Origin: Polymyxa betae A26-41
Lineage: Eukaryota > Protista > Endomyxa: Phytomyxea
Direction of reading: 5' to 3'
Assembly (NCBI GenBank): GCA_003693705.1
Contig: RBZT01000504.1
Coordinates: 1-56,333, forward strand
DNA: 56,333 bases
This document shows, one piece after another, positions 40,712 through 52,573 of this stretch. The position numbers and the translations under genes were made by a program. Each line of letters begins with the position of its first letter. Positions within the stretch are counted from its first letter, which is position 1. The notes beneath the pieces are model-generated. The model was not told where the DNA came from. It did not search any database and was given only the letters and a program-made list of their open reading frames with translations.

Positions 40712-42579
40712 ATGGCTACCGAGCCTAGCGCCGTATCGGGGCCCAACCGCCTGGATGAGCAACATCCTAAGGCCAATGAATCGGATCACCTTCAGCAGTT
40801 CTATGGTTCGGGCCAGTTGCAGGATTGTAGCGATGTTCCTCTGAGTAGCCTGATTAGACGAATCTTCGAATAAGGAGCAGTCTGTCGAACAGGATGAAGA
40901 TTCGCTATTTGCAGAGCTTTATGGAAAGCAGGATGGCGTAAGAGAGATAACAGCCTCAGAATCGCAATCCAAAGGTTTGCTCATTACAATTCTCGTCAAA
41001 TATCGAGTGTAATCAGCTTATCAGAGACGGAAATGAAGGATGACGATGAAAGCGGCAGTGAAGAGAGCGGTAGCGAAGAGGAAGAAACCGATGACGAGGC
41101 CGATCAGGACGTCAAAATTATTCTGATGAATTCCAGCGATGCTGCCCGCCCAACGCCTGGTCGTGTCGCTCCCAACAAGTATGTTAGACAGGAGGCACCG
41201 ATTGCGGCAGCAGCAGCTGCCATTGCACCACTAATGTCCATTGACGGCGAGATGACTGCCGGTGAAACTCAAGAAGCTATTGTTAATGCTCAGGCAAAAT
41301 GTAATTTTTCTTCGACTTCTGTTTTATGATGGATTTTCTCAAGTTATGCTCAAAGAGTGGGAAAACGGGAAAATGCTTTTTTCTTTTTGTTTTGCAGCAT
41401 CGCTTAAAATTTGTGCTGTTCAGCCTCACAAGCGGCGATCGCGAAAATGATCCCTGAACAGCCGGAGCCGATCGATTCCAACGGCCAGCCGATCACGTTT
41501 CCTTCCGTCTACGATGTTGATATCGATGCGCTTCCCGAGAAGCCTTGGAAGAACCCGCAGGCTGATCCGAGCGATTGGTTCAACTACGGTGAGCTTTCTC
41601 TCATTCGCAGCTCTCTCGATCTGAATCAGAAGTTCCAGGTTTTGACGAAGATTCGTGGAGAGCGTATTGTCAGCGCCAGGTTCAAATGCGTTTGAGTGTT
41701 ACGAAACCCAGGAAGCAAAAGCACTTCGAGCAGCACGCCCAGGGTCACCCTCAGGGCCATCCCCAAGGTCACCCCCAGGTCCAGCATCATCATCGGAAGC
41801 CCGGTCCTATCACCGCTAATGTCCCTCCTCCGCATCGCCCACATCATCCTATCAGCCAGGATGTTCTTCAGCTTGGCGGGGGCTCGAATTTCGCCGATTC
41901 GTCTGCAAATGCGGATCCGAGGCATTCTTACCCGCCTCGATATGAAGTATAGTGTTGCTTTCTTTTTATCCATTTAACAAAGCAAGATCGGGTTCATTAC
42001 TGTGATTTTACATCATCTCATACTCATATGTATAGGTGCAGCATCAGCAGCAGAATAGGGGACCTGTAGTGCACAGAACAGCACCTTCTCCATTACCGAA
42101 TCACGATTCAGGCAAGCCGCCGATCCCCTCCGGCTCTAGGTTCAAAGAAGCAGAAAGTCTTTCCGACCCGAGAAGCAGGCCGCCACCGCGGCACCCGTCT
42201 CCTGCTCGACACGAGGTCGGGATTCTGTCTCGATCTGTCTTCGTCGCTGATTGTTTGAAAGGCTCCGGCTCGAAATCGCGAAGATACACGCGATCACTCT
42301 CGATCGCGATTTGAGAATTCGCGCCGCTCGTCTGAGCGAGAACGGCGCGAATCGTCTTCAGCTCGCCCTTCGTCATCATCGGGCTATGAAAAGAGAGGTC
42401 GATCTCCACCTCGGGAGAGTCACTATGAGTCCAAGCATCGAGAATCCGATCGGCGCGGTCGTTCCGCAGATCTCGATCATCGTCGCGAGTATGATCGCCG
42501 GGATGCTTCGTACCGTGAGAAGCGACCAAGGTCGCCGGTACCATTGAGTCGAGATTATGATTCGAAACGACGACGATGA
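40712..42579 (+). CDS. FIP1L1: Pre-mRNA 3'-end processing factor FIP1
   Basis: Acidic N-terminus; DVDIDALPEKPWKNPQADPSDWFNYG|FDEDSWRAYCQRQ Fip1 motif; RS/RD-rich C-terminus. Confidence 0.93.
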
Positions 42580-43088
42580 GATTCGGTTTTTAGCCGATTT
42601 TTTGTCTAAAACTCTGCACGCAGCTGTTGTAGTTCTTGTATTTTATTTCATCATCACAGATGCAACTGATTTTCTAACAAGACAGTACGAGTTAATCGGG
42701 CATTCATTTATTTTTACAATGCATACTATAAATTCGTGTCTTCTTCTTAGAATCCGTTCCCCCAAAGTGATGCCGTCTAGCTACTTAGACCCCAACCTGA
42801 ATTTAGGAACCACATTTGCCAAAGTTTGGTAAGCATTTATGCTTTGCTTTTTGAAGCTATCTGGTCTGATCAACTTGGCCTTTTAAGCGATGACGAAGGT
42901 TGCTTTGAAGTGATACAACAGCCTCTTGTAAGCTAAATTGACATTATAATAAAGACAGATCAGGATTGTGAACGCGTAACGTCAACGACTGCTATGAAGA
43001 TGGCTGCAGTCGCAGTTTTATGTCTTAGTTGCTCTATCTATCTCTCTATCCTTGAATCTTTGCACTTTTATTTACACTTGTTTCCAAG

Positions 43089-43780
43089 ATGGATATCGTT
43101 ATTGGGCTCGTCGGGCGCGATTACGCCATGGTATTGACCGATCGTGCCGCCGTCCGGTCAATTGTTCGTTTCCAAGATACCGAGGATAAAGTCGACCGAA
43201 ATCGATTCTGAATCCTACAGCGGCTGAGTTCTGTTTAGATCTATCCTGTAGGAGACAGTGAATCCCCAACGAAACAGCTTATGGCTTGTGCTGGACAAAC
43301 GAGCGATCGGACCAACTTCTGTGAGTTCATTCAGCGTAATGTCCAATACTACACCCTGCAAGCTGGAATTCCATTATCCACTAAAGCTGTTGCCAATTTT
43401 GCCCGGTATTTACAGGTTTTATTATTTCACCTCACAGTTTATTGAAGCAAATCAGCAATGAGCTTGCAGTCGCTCTTCGGAAAGGTCCTTTCCAAATTAA
43501 TCTGCTCATTGGCGGATATGACGAAGGAAAGAAGCCGTCGTTATATTATTTAGATTACCTCGGTTCGCTTCACTCTGTAGACAAAGCCGCTCATGGTTAT
43601 GGTTCCTACTTCACATTGGGTCTGCTAGATCGGCACTTCAAGAAGGATATGACCGAAAAAGAAGGGCTCGATCTGCTGAAGCAGTGCATAGCGGAGCTTC
43701 GACAACGTTTTTTAATCAACACACCGGAATTTCTTGTCAAGGTCGTCGACAAGAACGGCATTCGAGAAGTCAAGCTTTAA
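43089..43780 (+). CDS. PSMB2: 20S proteasome subunit beta 4 (beta type-2), 3 exons
   Basis: MDIVIGLVGRDY, DRTNFCEFIQRN, PFQINLLIGGYD, LYYLDYLG, AHGYGSYF, CIAELRQRFLIN. Confidence 0.95.
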
Positions 43781-44021
43781 TTGTCAATAAGAATCCCATA
43801 TCTTTCTAATCGTCCACAGTGTTTGCAGATAGCGGTTTCCCCATCAATTAAATTACTCAAACGTATCAAGTTGCAATGTTAAAATATGAACCATGTGCTT
43901 TGCAATCTCAAAGATGAACTAGTAGCAAATTTTAATGTCCCCATCTTGCCAAACTTTGCGGATGTTGTTTTTTTGACGCTTCTTTCAACTACTCAGAGAC
44001 AAACTCGATCGGCTTCATCCC

Positions 44022-44276
44022 ATGTGCGATCGTCAAGAGCAATACAGTATTCGCTTATCAGAGACGGGGTGTTCAGATTTGTATGCCCATCTCCAAGGTC
44101 GACTGTTGTTTTGGTATCCTTTGCAGCCCTGCTCAGAAATCTGCCTGTTAGATTGCCTTGTGGTTAACAAGCGCGACTGGGCCATTTGCCAAGAACAGAT
44201 GAGGGCGTTTCGAGAATGCTTTGAGAAGGCCGGCTTCAATAGCCACAATAATCCTCAGCCTCATTCTAAACTATGA
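44022..44276 (+). CDS. COA4: Twin CX9C protein, cytochrome c oxidase assembly factor 4-like (2 exons)
   Basis: TGCSDLYAHLQ|DC...DWAICQEQMRAFREC gives two CX9C motifs after removing a GT-AG intron. Confidence 0.8.
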   Translation: MCDRQEQYSIRLSETGCSDLYAHLQGRLLFWYPLQPCSEICLLDCLVVNKRDWAICQEQMRAFRECFEKAGFNSHNNPQPHSKL

Positions 44277-44284
44277 TAAACCGC

Positions 44285-45530
44285 CTAACAAGGATCAGCT
44301 CCCATACGATTCAAGTAATAGCATGCTTTTTTATGATTCCGATTCGATTTTCGTCCTCTACTACGAAGCAGCAAGACTTGATCGGATTGATGGCTGATTC
44401 TGCTCGGATGGACTTTAAGATGTTCAGTCCGCTCAACAGTGATTGCTGATACGATGACTCGTTGCCACTGTGTCACTGGGATGACTGTGGTGTCTAGAGT
44501 CATGATGAAATGAAGCCGGCCAGTGAAGCCTGTGGGGATAATGGCAAAAGCCCTCGGTGCACTAGACTCAGTCATCTAACCTTTTCGCTTTCATCATGGT
44601 GAATTTGCTGTTTTGCAAGGCCGGTTGACTATGCAAGCCTCAACCATGCCTCAAAACGTGTCTTGGCGCATATAAACTGTGAGGCGACACTGTTGCTGAG
44701 CCCTGCCCCATGCAATTTCACCGTTGATCTCTTATCGCTGTTCGTCAAGCTTACAGAACTGAGCTCATCTCGAGACAATGCAAGGTGCAGCCTTTGCCAC
44801 TTCACCAATGGGTCCTTCCATACTTACATCAGGAATTTTGAAAACTAACGTCCCAAGATTCGCGTTTCTGTTAGAATACCTATAGCCTATGTAACGGACT
44901 GGAAATCCAGAGCTTAGGTGGCGATGACAAGCAACTTTATACATTGCAGCTTTAATTGGACCTAAGTCAATATTGCAGTTGTCGTGACTGGATATGGCGA
45001 CTTGGGACTGCACAAACAAGTGCTCTCAACATCCCGAGCAACTACCAGATAACTCTGACGACAGAACATTCGGATACGCATACAGTATCCGGCATGAACG
45101 ACAAAGATCTTCGGGGCTGTAGAGCTTCCGGGCATTTAAGTGAATCTGCAGCTCCAGTTAGGTACAGATAAATATAAGAGATCAGGTTCGTTCTTGAATG
45201 TCCTGGTCGGACTACAGTGAAGGCGTTTCGCGAATGTTTTGATAGGCCATTGTTCACAAGGCGAAACGATTCTCATCCTCATTAGAATACGTTTGGCAAC
45301 AAACTGACGCAAGACTTGAGTTTTCATCATACAGTAATTAATGTCAGAACGACGATAAACATGCGACATATCTCGATGTAGGTTAGTGAGTTAGCTCTCT
45401 CGACTGAGAAAGCGTCGGTAGTGACCTTCACGTCCTCAACCCACACCTGCCCGGCTAGCTTCAAGTTTCGGCAAGCCTCTTTTCGAAACGTACGTCGTCA
45501 CTTACTAGGCAGAGACGAAGACGGCGATCA
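44285..45530 (-). pseudogene. Disrupted lineage-specific gene with possible signal peptide
   Basis: Splice-like signals (gtaagt..ttgaag) and protein-like fragments, but frameshifts (e.g. ENRFAL/VNNGLSK) prevent a clean model. Confidence 0.3.
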
Positions 45531-45813
45531 TGGTGACAATATCCATCATAGAGAATATACGAAACACAAATTTGTATTTCAATCACGATACCAGTTTCAA
45601 ACTTGATTACTTGAAGGAAACCGGCGCTCGGAAGTCAGTTCACGTTTGCGCCAGTTTCGAAAACGGAAATTGCCAAACTCGCAGTTTTCGGAAAACTTGG
45701 GAAAAATTTTTTTTGAACCACTTACAATTCGTTTTGCGTCGTCGTCGCCCGGATTTCTGCTCCAATGAATTTCTGTGCAGATGAATATATATATTCACTG
45801 AAAAACCTGTGAT

Positions 45814-46593
45814 ATGATCGACCGGGAGGATATTGATATAATCGACAGTTATGAGACGAGGGCGGCCGATGAGCTTGCGGATGACGATGACGAGGGCCCT
45901 TATTTCTTCCGAACTCTGCCATCTAATCCTCTCTCTTTAAGAGCAATGAAGATTGCTGTTCTTCAGGGCCGCCTCATGATTGAAGGCGCGACCGAAGGCG
46001 CGACCCAACCGCTCATATCTGAGTTCTCTTGGCGCTTCGACAATGCAGACGGGAACATAATTGTCAGCCCAGCTCCAGCAAGCAAGCCACCCGCTTGTGA
46101 GCTCAAAAGATGTAATGCTGCAAGTAAGTTCAGAATAATCTCGCCGTTGATTTGCTGACGGCTCTTTGTCAATTCAGCCTGCAAAACGGTGCTCAAATCG
46201 AGCCGATGCACGTTCCCGCTTGACGAGTGGCATTCTGCGAAGAAATTACAAATCATCCCATTGCTAGATCCGACCTTTCCAGTCGATGAAGTCTCCATGT
46301 TCGCTTGTGAGATAGAGTACAAGACGAACGGATGGCAGATTAGAAACATTGGCGGCGACGGCAAGCAACTTTAAGTATTGTTGTACAGTATGGAGTTGAA
46401 ATCTGATACAGACGTCGAGATGTCGTTGCAGCGGATTGAGTCTGCAACGGCGATCGATATCAGATTTTTGTGGGTCGACTTGCAGGATTTCGACACTGCG
46501 ACGATAACGACGGAGCTCTTGGTCCAACATTCCGATGGTCAGTTTGAGCGTCAACGTTTGACGTTAACAGCTGTTTTTTTTCGAGCTGCCTAA
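45814..46593 (+). pseudogene. Unknown 2-exon gene with an in-frame TAA at 46372-46374
   Basis: Reading frame stays open on both sides of a single TAA; the paralogous copy near 47858 has TAC at this position. Confidence 0.5.
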
Positions 46594-46843
46594 CGCCACA
46601 CCTCCGGCAAATTAATAAGCACTGCAACGAAAAGTCAGAAGGGAAAAGACGAGAATCGCTTTTACAGAATCAAGTCGTTGGACTGTATTGGCCGAAGAAG
46701 CAAATCTGGTCCCGAGTTATAAGCGGTTTGCCCTTCTGAAATACAATGATTCTTTGGCCTGCGAACATCTGTGGAGGTTGTTTGTGATTGACGTGATGTC
46801 TGGAGTTAAGCGTGAACATAATTTCGATCGGCTTTTTATTCAA

Positions 46844-47089
46844 ATGTGCAATCGACAAGGGCAATACGTCATTCTCTCACCAAAGACGGGGGCGTTTATG
46901 CCCATCTCCAAGGTTGACAGTCGCGTTGGCATCCTTTGCAGCCTGCTCAGAATCTGCTTGATAAGTTGCCTGGCTTGGTCAACAGCGCGATTGGGCCATT
47001 TGCCAAGAACAAATGAAGGCGTTTCGCGAATGCTTGCATTGAGAATGTCGCTCCATTGGCCTAAACAGTCCTCAGCCTTATTTCAATAA
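46844..47089 (+). pseudogene. Degenerate duplicate of the COA4-like gene, intron remnant included
   Basis: Clear nucleotide similarity to 44022-44276 (tatgcccatctccaaggt, tgggccatttgccaagaaca) with indels and loss of the first Cys. Confidence 0.85.
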
Positions 47090-48394
47090 AAAAACTACAG
47101 TATAAGAAAATCATCTAAAGCTGACATACAAGCACCATCTCAGATTCCTTTCGGATTTCGTTTTGAGGGCAGAATTCCTCAGTTTTTGTGCTGATATATT
47201 CGCCAGAAAGTGATTGCCATTATAAAATTGAGATTTGCATGGAAAATTTAGAAAAGATTTGAGCGCCTTCGCGGCTCCGTTCAATTACGCACTAGAGCTG
47301 GGTGGTGGTGCACGATTTGCGAATTCAAATATGCAAATCTGTCAAAATTGAGTAAAATTTGAAAGAATGGATGATATGCAATACTGGCGGCCGAGTCAAG
47401 CAATAATGAATATTTATAAAATGGAACGAAACTCAAAAGTGCACATATGTCGTGGTCTCGATTCGGCGGCTTGGAACTCTACAAATAATTGTTATCGACA
47501 TCGCAGAGAACTGGGTCGTCTTGCAAAGACTTTGACCAGATAACTTTGACGACAGAATTTAATGTTGGAGACCCAGATTCGCATGGACGATGAACGACTA
47601 AAATTTCTCGGGAATTAAGGGCTTTGGAGTGTCAGCCAACTACATCCAAGCGCATGATTCGAATCGCCGTTCAATATTACTTTGGACTACATGCGGTGAA
47701 GGCTTTTCCGAACGTTAATTGAATGGCGTTTCCACAAAGACAGACAATTCTCGACCTTTTTAAATTTATAGAAAACCCATTTATTGTTATATCCTTCTTG
47801 CAAAGGGGATGAAGTCGAATGGGTGGCCAGGAACGTTGGCGGTGACGGCAAACAACTTTACGAGGAGCTGCATTGAGTTGAAATCCATACAGATGCCATG
47901 AATCGCAGCGAATTTAATCTGCAACAACAGTCGATATCCGGCGGTGCTTTGGGGTCGATCTGCAGATTCTAACCTCATACCAATAACGACGGAGCCCTTG
48001 GTCGAGCATTTCGGTCAGCAAATTCCCGGCGCGAACGGCACTGCTGAACGCCGCAAAATGGGAATTGTGCGGCAAGGCGACAACTTTAGATGGAAAAGAA
48101 AGATGAGCATTGCTTTCAACAGAATAGAATCGTTGGATTGGATTTGCGGAAGACATCGGCTCCTGAGCTAGAAGCGTTCCCAAACATCCGACATGGTGAT
48201 TTAGCCTTCGGAATATAAGGATGGATAACCTGATGGATTCAGGGCGTCCCTGTTTCTTCCTCGAACTCGTTTCTGATGGGAAGGTTCGGGCTCGAAAGAA
48301 CGAAGTTCCGAATGGCGGTAGAGCGACGTGGACATGTGGCCGTGCCCCTATGCCGATCTGTAACTGAATATGTGGTCTCACTGTGGCCGTGTCA

Positions 48395-48543
48395 CCGTTG
48401 ACTGTCTGGTAGTAACGCTAAGGGAGGACCCTGGTCACCTCTTGATAGCGTCGCTTCTCTCTCTCTTCCCGTTGACTGTCTGGTTGCAACGCTAAGGAGG
48501 ACCCTGGTCACCTCTTGATAGCGTCGCTCTCTCTCTCTCTTCT
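48395..48543. repeat. Tandem direct repeat of 2 x ~74 bp, each ending in a (CT)n tract
   Basis: ccgttgactgtctggt...gaggaccctggtcacctcttgatagcgtcgct(ct)n starting at 48395 and 48469. Confidence 0.95.
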
Positions 48544-48571
48544 CATTGACGCCGGGTGCCGACCGACAACC

Positions 48572-50290
48572 ATGGCCACCGTCGTCGATCAGAAACAGGT
48601 CCGACACTGTCGTCTGTTGGTGCCTTCGCCCGACTCAACCGCTGCTGCAGACCGTCTCCGTACCGCTTCTAGCAGCCGAGCAGCAGCCACCGCCTGATAA
48701 GGTCCTACCTTGGATCCTTACTCTATCGGTTGCTTTCGGGGCGTTGCTATTTGGTTATCATGCTGGTAGATTATTATCAATTTCTATCTACTTCATTCAA
48801 CCAGAGTTACAGGGTTTTCGTCGCCTACAGATAAGGCGATCCTCGCACAGGTTTTCAATGGCAATCGAGCCAGCCTAGACTTCGCCTGGTCGATTCTGAA
48901 TATCGGGGCGATGATCGGTGCGTTAATCTGTGGCTCTGCAGCCAGCTCTTTGGGTCGTAAACCTGCCATTCTGCTTGGCTGCATCCCTTACGTATTGGGT
49001 GCCCTATTCATGATCTTCTCTTCGTCATTGTCATCGTCCCTGTTCACCCTAGGCCGTTTTCTGGCAGGAGCTGGCGTCGGATACAGCTCTGTAATCGTTC
49101 CACTGTACATCGCTGAAATCGCACCTCCGTCGTTACGTGGAACCTTGGGCTGCGTTAACCAATGTAGCGCTTTCATCATTTGTAGATTGGCATTATTTTA
49201 AGCCAATTTCACAGTGAATATCTCGGCCGGTGTGCTTGTCGTCTCAGTGCTGGGCATTGCCATGGTTGCCCATCCATGGTGGTGGCGCCCGATGCTATTC
49301 ACATCGTTGTTGTTTGTCATAGCTCAGTGGGTGCCGATTTTCTTTCTGGCACCGGAATCGCCGGCCTGGCTCTGCGCCAATGGCAAAATCGACCAAGCTC
49401 GAGCCAGTTTGGTCAGGCTTCGCGGCAAGAATTACCAAGTCGATGGCGAATTACAATCAATGGCACTTCGAAACTCCCAGGCTGGCTCTGTTTATGAAAT
49501 GCTCCAATAGTTTTTTTAACTCGATTGCAGAATGCATCTGGCTCGGATGCAACTGGATGGATTGCGATCATGATGACGCCTCGTCTTCGGCGCCCGGTTC
49601 TGGTAGGGATTGGCCTGATGATTTTGCAGCAGTTCTCCGGTATTAACGGGGTCGTCTTTAATATGAGCTCGCTATTCGAATCCAGTTCGAATGACGACAA
49701 GGCCAGATACGTTGCTATGTTTGGGACTTGCTTTGTAAACGGATTCCAGGTTTGCTATCTCTGGCGTCTACAACCATTCCACTCACATGCTGTTTTCAGG
49801 TTCTTTCTACTGCTGTTGCTGTTTCAATGATGGAAAAGTTCGGCAGGCGGCAACTGCTGCACACATCCTGCGTTGGAATGGCGCTTTCTTGTGTCCTAAT
49901 GTCGTTCGCCTCATTTTTCCATCTTTCTACCTTTATCAAAATTTTTGCTTTGTAAGTATGCTGCGATCACATCATGCGATCAACTAACATGTGTTCAGGT
50001 GCGGGTACATTTGCATGTTTTCGATTGGAGTTGGCCCACTCGCCTGGCTTCTTTGCAGCGAAATCTTCCCTGGCGAGATTCGCTCGCTGGCAATGGCATT
50101 TGCTACCGTTTTAAACTGGGCCTGCGCGTTCGCAGTCACGTTAACTTTTGAACAGACGACCGTGGCATTAGGCCAACACGGCTTATTCTTGCTATACGCG
50201 TCGTTCTGTGTCCTTGGCTCTCTGTTCGTATTTATCTGGGTGCCTGAAACCCGAGGGCTGTCATTGCAAGAGATTGAAGATATGTGGTGA
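48572..50290 (+). CDS. MFS sugar porter (GLUT6/8 / ERD6-like)
   Basis: LFGY..GFSSP, LGRK, GRFLAG, PLYIAEIAPPSLRG, PESP, QQFSGIN, FGRR, GVGPLAW...EIFP, PETRG; N-terminal VPLL motif. Confidence 0.95.
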
Positions 50291-50327
50291 TTGTATTCGA
50301 GAAATACAGGACTTTATTTTCATTGTC

Positions 50328-50783
50328 TTACTCACATTCCGCATCGAGCCTATCTTGAGCGGCGGCTGGGTTCCCCTGATTCGATTCACCACTGGACTGC
50401 CTCTCTGATTGGCGCCGCATCATAGCTTCCAATGTAGCTTGTCTTTCAAAGAACGAACGGCGGCATAGAAACCAGGTCAGTAGCGACATAGAGAGACCCG
50501 TCTTTACACCGAGATCCAAAGACGGTATCAGCAATTCTAATCAAAATCAGATCACAGTTTACAATGACAGACTTTCCTACGCGTCTTCCGATATCGATGT
50601 AAGGACATAAAGGCGCCGGTCGACAGTCCCCAGAGCAACGCATTCCGAAAACATGGGATCTTCTGCAGCGCTGCATGCTGAATGGAACGAATCGGTGTAT
50701 CAGCAGGGCGCCCATACCTGGACCGAGAACAGAAACGACAATGGATCGATAGAGCTGGGGTCCTGCTGGACACCGTCGCCCAT
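50328..50783 (-). CDS. COX20: Cytochrome c oxidase assembly protein COX20-like (3 exons)
   Basis: KIPCFRNALLWGLSTG...LTWFLCRR pattern typical of Cox20/FAM36A. Confidence 0.75.
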
Positions 50784-50872
50784 GGCGCTATCGAGGCTTG
50801 GAAAGTACGACCTTCGCGGGGTCCGTGTCGTCATGCATGGAACCCTCTGTTGTTTATTCAATCATTGAACAA

Positions 50873-52381
50873 TTATAACTTCGAGACTATGCCGTTTTGC
50901 TGCTGCTCTTCGCCATTGACAAAGAGCGGTTCGATAATAGTGCGAAGATGATTCATTGGCTTGTTACGGGGCGACCAGACGGCAAAACTGGAACGAAGTT
51001 GATCGACTTCAAAGGCCGGATCCGACCCGGCTCGAGCTAAAAGCCATGCCAGCCGACTCCTGCTGGATTTTAAACAATAATCATAATGACACGAACGCAC
51101 CAGGTACCTGACGAAGTAGGCGTTCAGATCCGAGTAATAGAACGCATCGTTCAAATGAACGGCCCAATGAGCGCTGGTATGTTCCAACGGCGCGATTTCG
51201 GCATCATTGTCGTCGTCACGATCCGGCGGTAAGAACCAAAGCGCGGCCAGATCGTACACGGCCGGCTCCGTATGGATCGTCGAATGCGATCCGTTCCTGT
51301 CGAAAAACGCGCCGCGGTAGAATCCGCTGAGATGCGGTAGCAGGTCGGAGGGCTCCGAACGCGTGTTGGCCCACGCCAGGCAAAGACTGATCAGCCGTAC
51401 AGGGAACGTGTCGACCCGTGACCGTTTCTCGACATACAGGCCGCGTAACAGGCGTCGATGATGCCCGAGCGAATGCATCACGGACGAGAACAACGGGACG
51501 ACCGCGTCGCGATCAGCGCCGATGGCGACGATGCGGACGCCGTGCCGGAGGAGGCGACCGACAGCATGCTGTGCCCGTTCGGCGACATGAGCGAACGGAT
51601 GCCCCAAGGAGAAGAGCTCGGCGGTCGCCGCGAATCTGTCGTGAGGCAGGTGAGGGAAGGGGCCATGGTGTGGCCCAGCCATGAACAGCAGGCCAACGTA
51701 GCGATGGCGTCGCAAAGACACCCATCCGCGTTCCACCAACGTATCCATCAGCAGGCCGGCCAGTACGGCTGCGACGCAATGAGCTAAATCCAAGAGCAGC
51801 AGAGTTTCTACCTCCTTGCGAATGCGAAGCAATAAAGACGGCGTCGGCCTCGGCGAACGACTGCTCGTGCGCTGGCAGCTGTTCGACGAGGACGTCTTCG
51901 AGGCGGGCATCGACCATACCATGGCCGAATAAGGGGATTAAGGTCAGAGTGAGCTCGCAGTTAGAGCCCTCGTTTTTTAACCGTTGACGAATGGCGGCCG
52001 CTAACGCCTGCGCCATACCCGTAGAGACCTCGGAAGGCGACCAGCTGAAGAAACGCCCGCCGAGTACCGCCCAGCCGTGAAGGCCTAGAAATACCTAAGC
52101 TAGGGTTTGAGGTTTCAGGGTTTGAGCTATACCGATGACGAGAACATTTCGAATAGATTTGATATCGTTCTGAAGCGACGATGGCGTGCTGACGAGCCAA
52201 TTCCGCAACCTATTCCAAATGGAGAGATCGGCGTCGGCGCTCTTGTCGTCGTGTGGCGCCCTTCAATGCATCAGCGGCGAAGATGACAGCTGGGCAAGGC
52301 GTCCTACAAGCTGAGGAAGGAGTCAGGCCCTGCGACCGGCCGCCGACGAATAGCGTCGAGGGCGGGCGCCGACGGTGCCAT
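50873..52381 (-). CDS. YML020W-like alpha/beta-hydrolase-fold protein (multi-exon)
   Basis: VLVIG|LHGW, ASHSQG|AV nucleophile elbow, MAGPHHGPF, DAVVPLFSS, GSHSTIH.EP.VY. Confidence 0.8.
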
Positions 52382-52573
52382 GATGACGACTTCCCTTTAC
52401 CGCAATTTTTTTTTATATATTTTTTTCTAATAAAAACGAAAGCTGTTTGGGCCCACCCCACGACCCCAAGCAAACAGCCGCTCTCATATTTGTGATAGCG
52501 AGCTTATGTATAGTAATAAGGTCCTGGGGTCTCTTCACCCATTCGGTCGTTCATTTCGTCTAAATGCGTGGTG

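Noticed and set aside
41733-41781. 12-bp periodic repeat
   Set aside because: Encodes an H(A/P)QG low-complexity repeat inside FIP1; an ordinary coding repeat.
47260-47296. GC hairpin followed by CTAG (Helitron 3' end-like)
   Set aside because: Hairpin is imperfect, CTAG is followed by A rather than T, and no 5' TC end or Rep/Hel sequence was found.
48100-48220. C...NRIVGLDL, resembling an LRR N-terminal cap
   Set aside because: No following LxxLxLxxN repeats; too short to support.
52095-52125. Telomere-like AAACCCT motifs
   Set aside because: They lie within a short intron of the YML020W-like gene, are degenerate, and lack surrounding structure.
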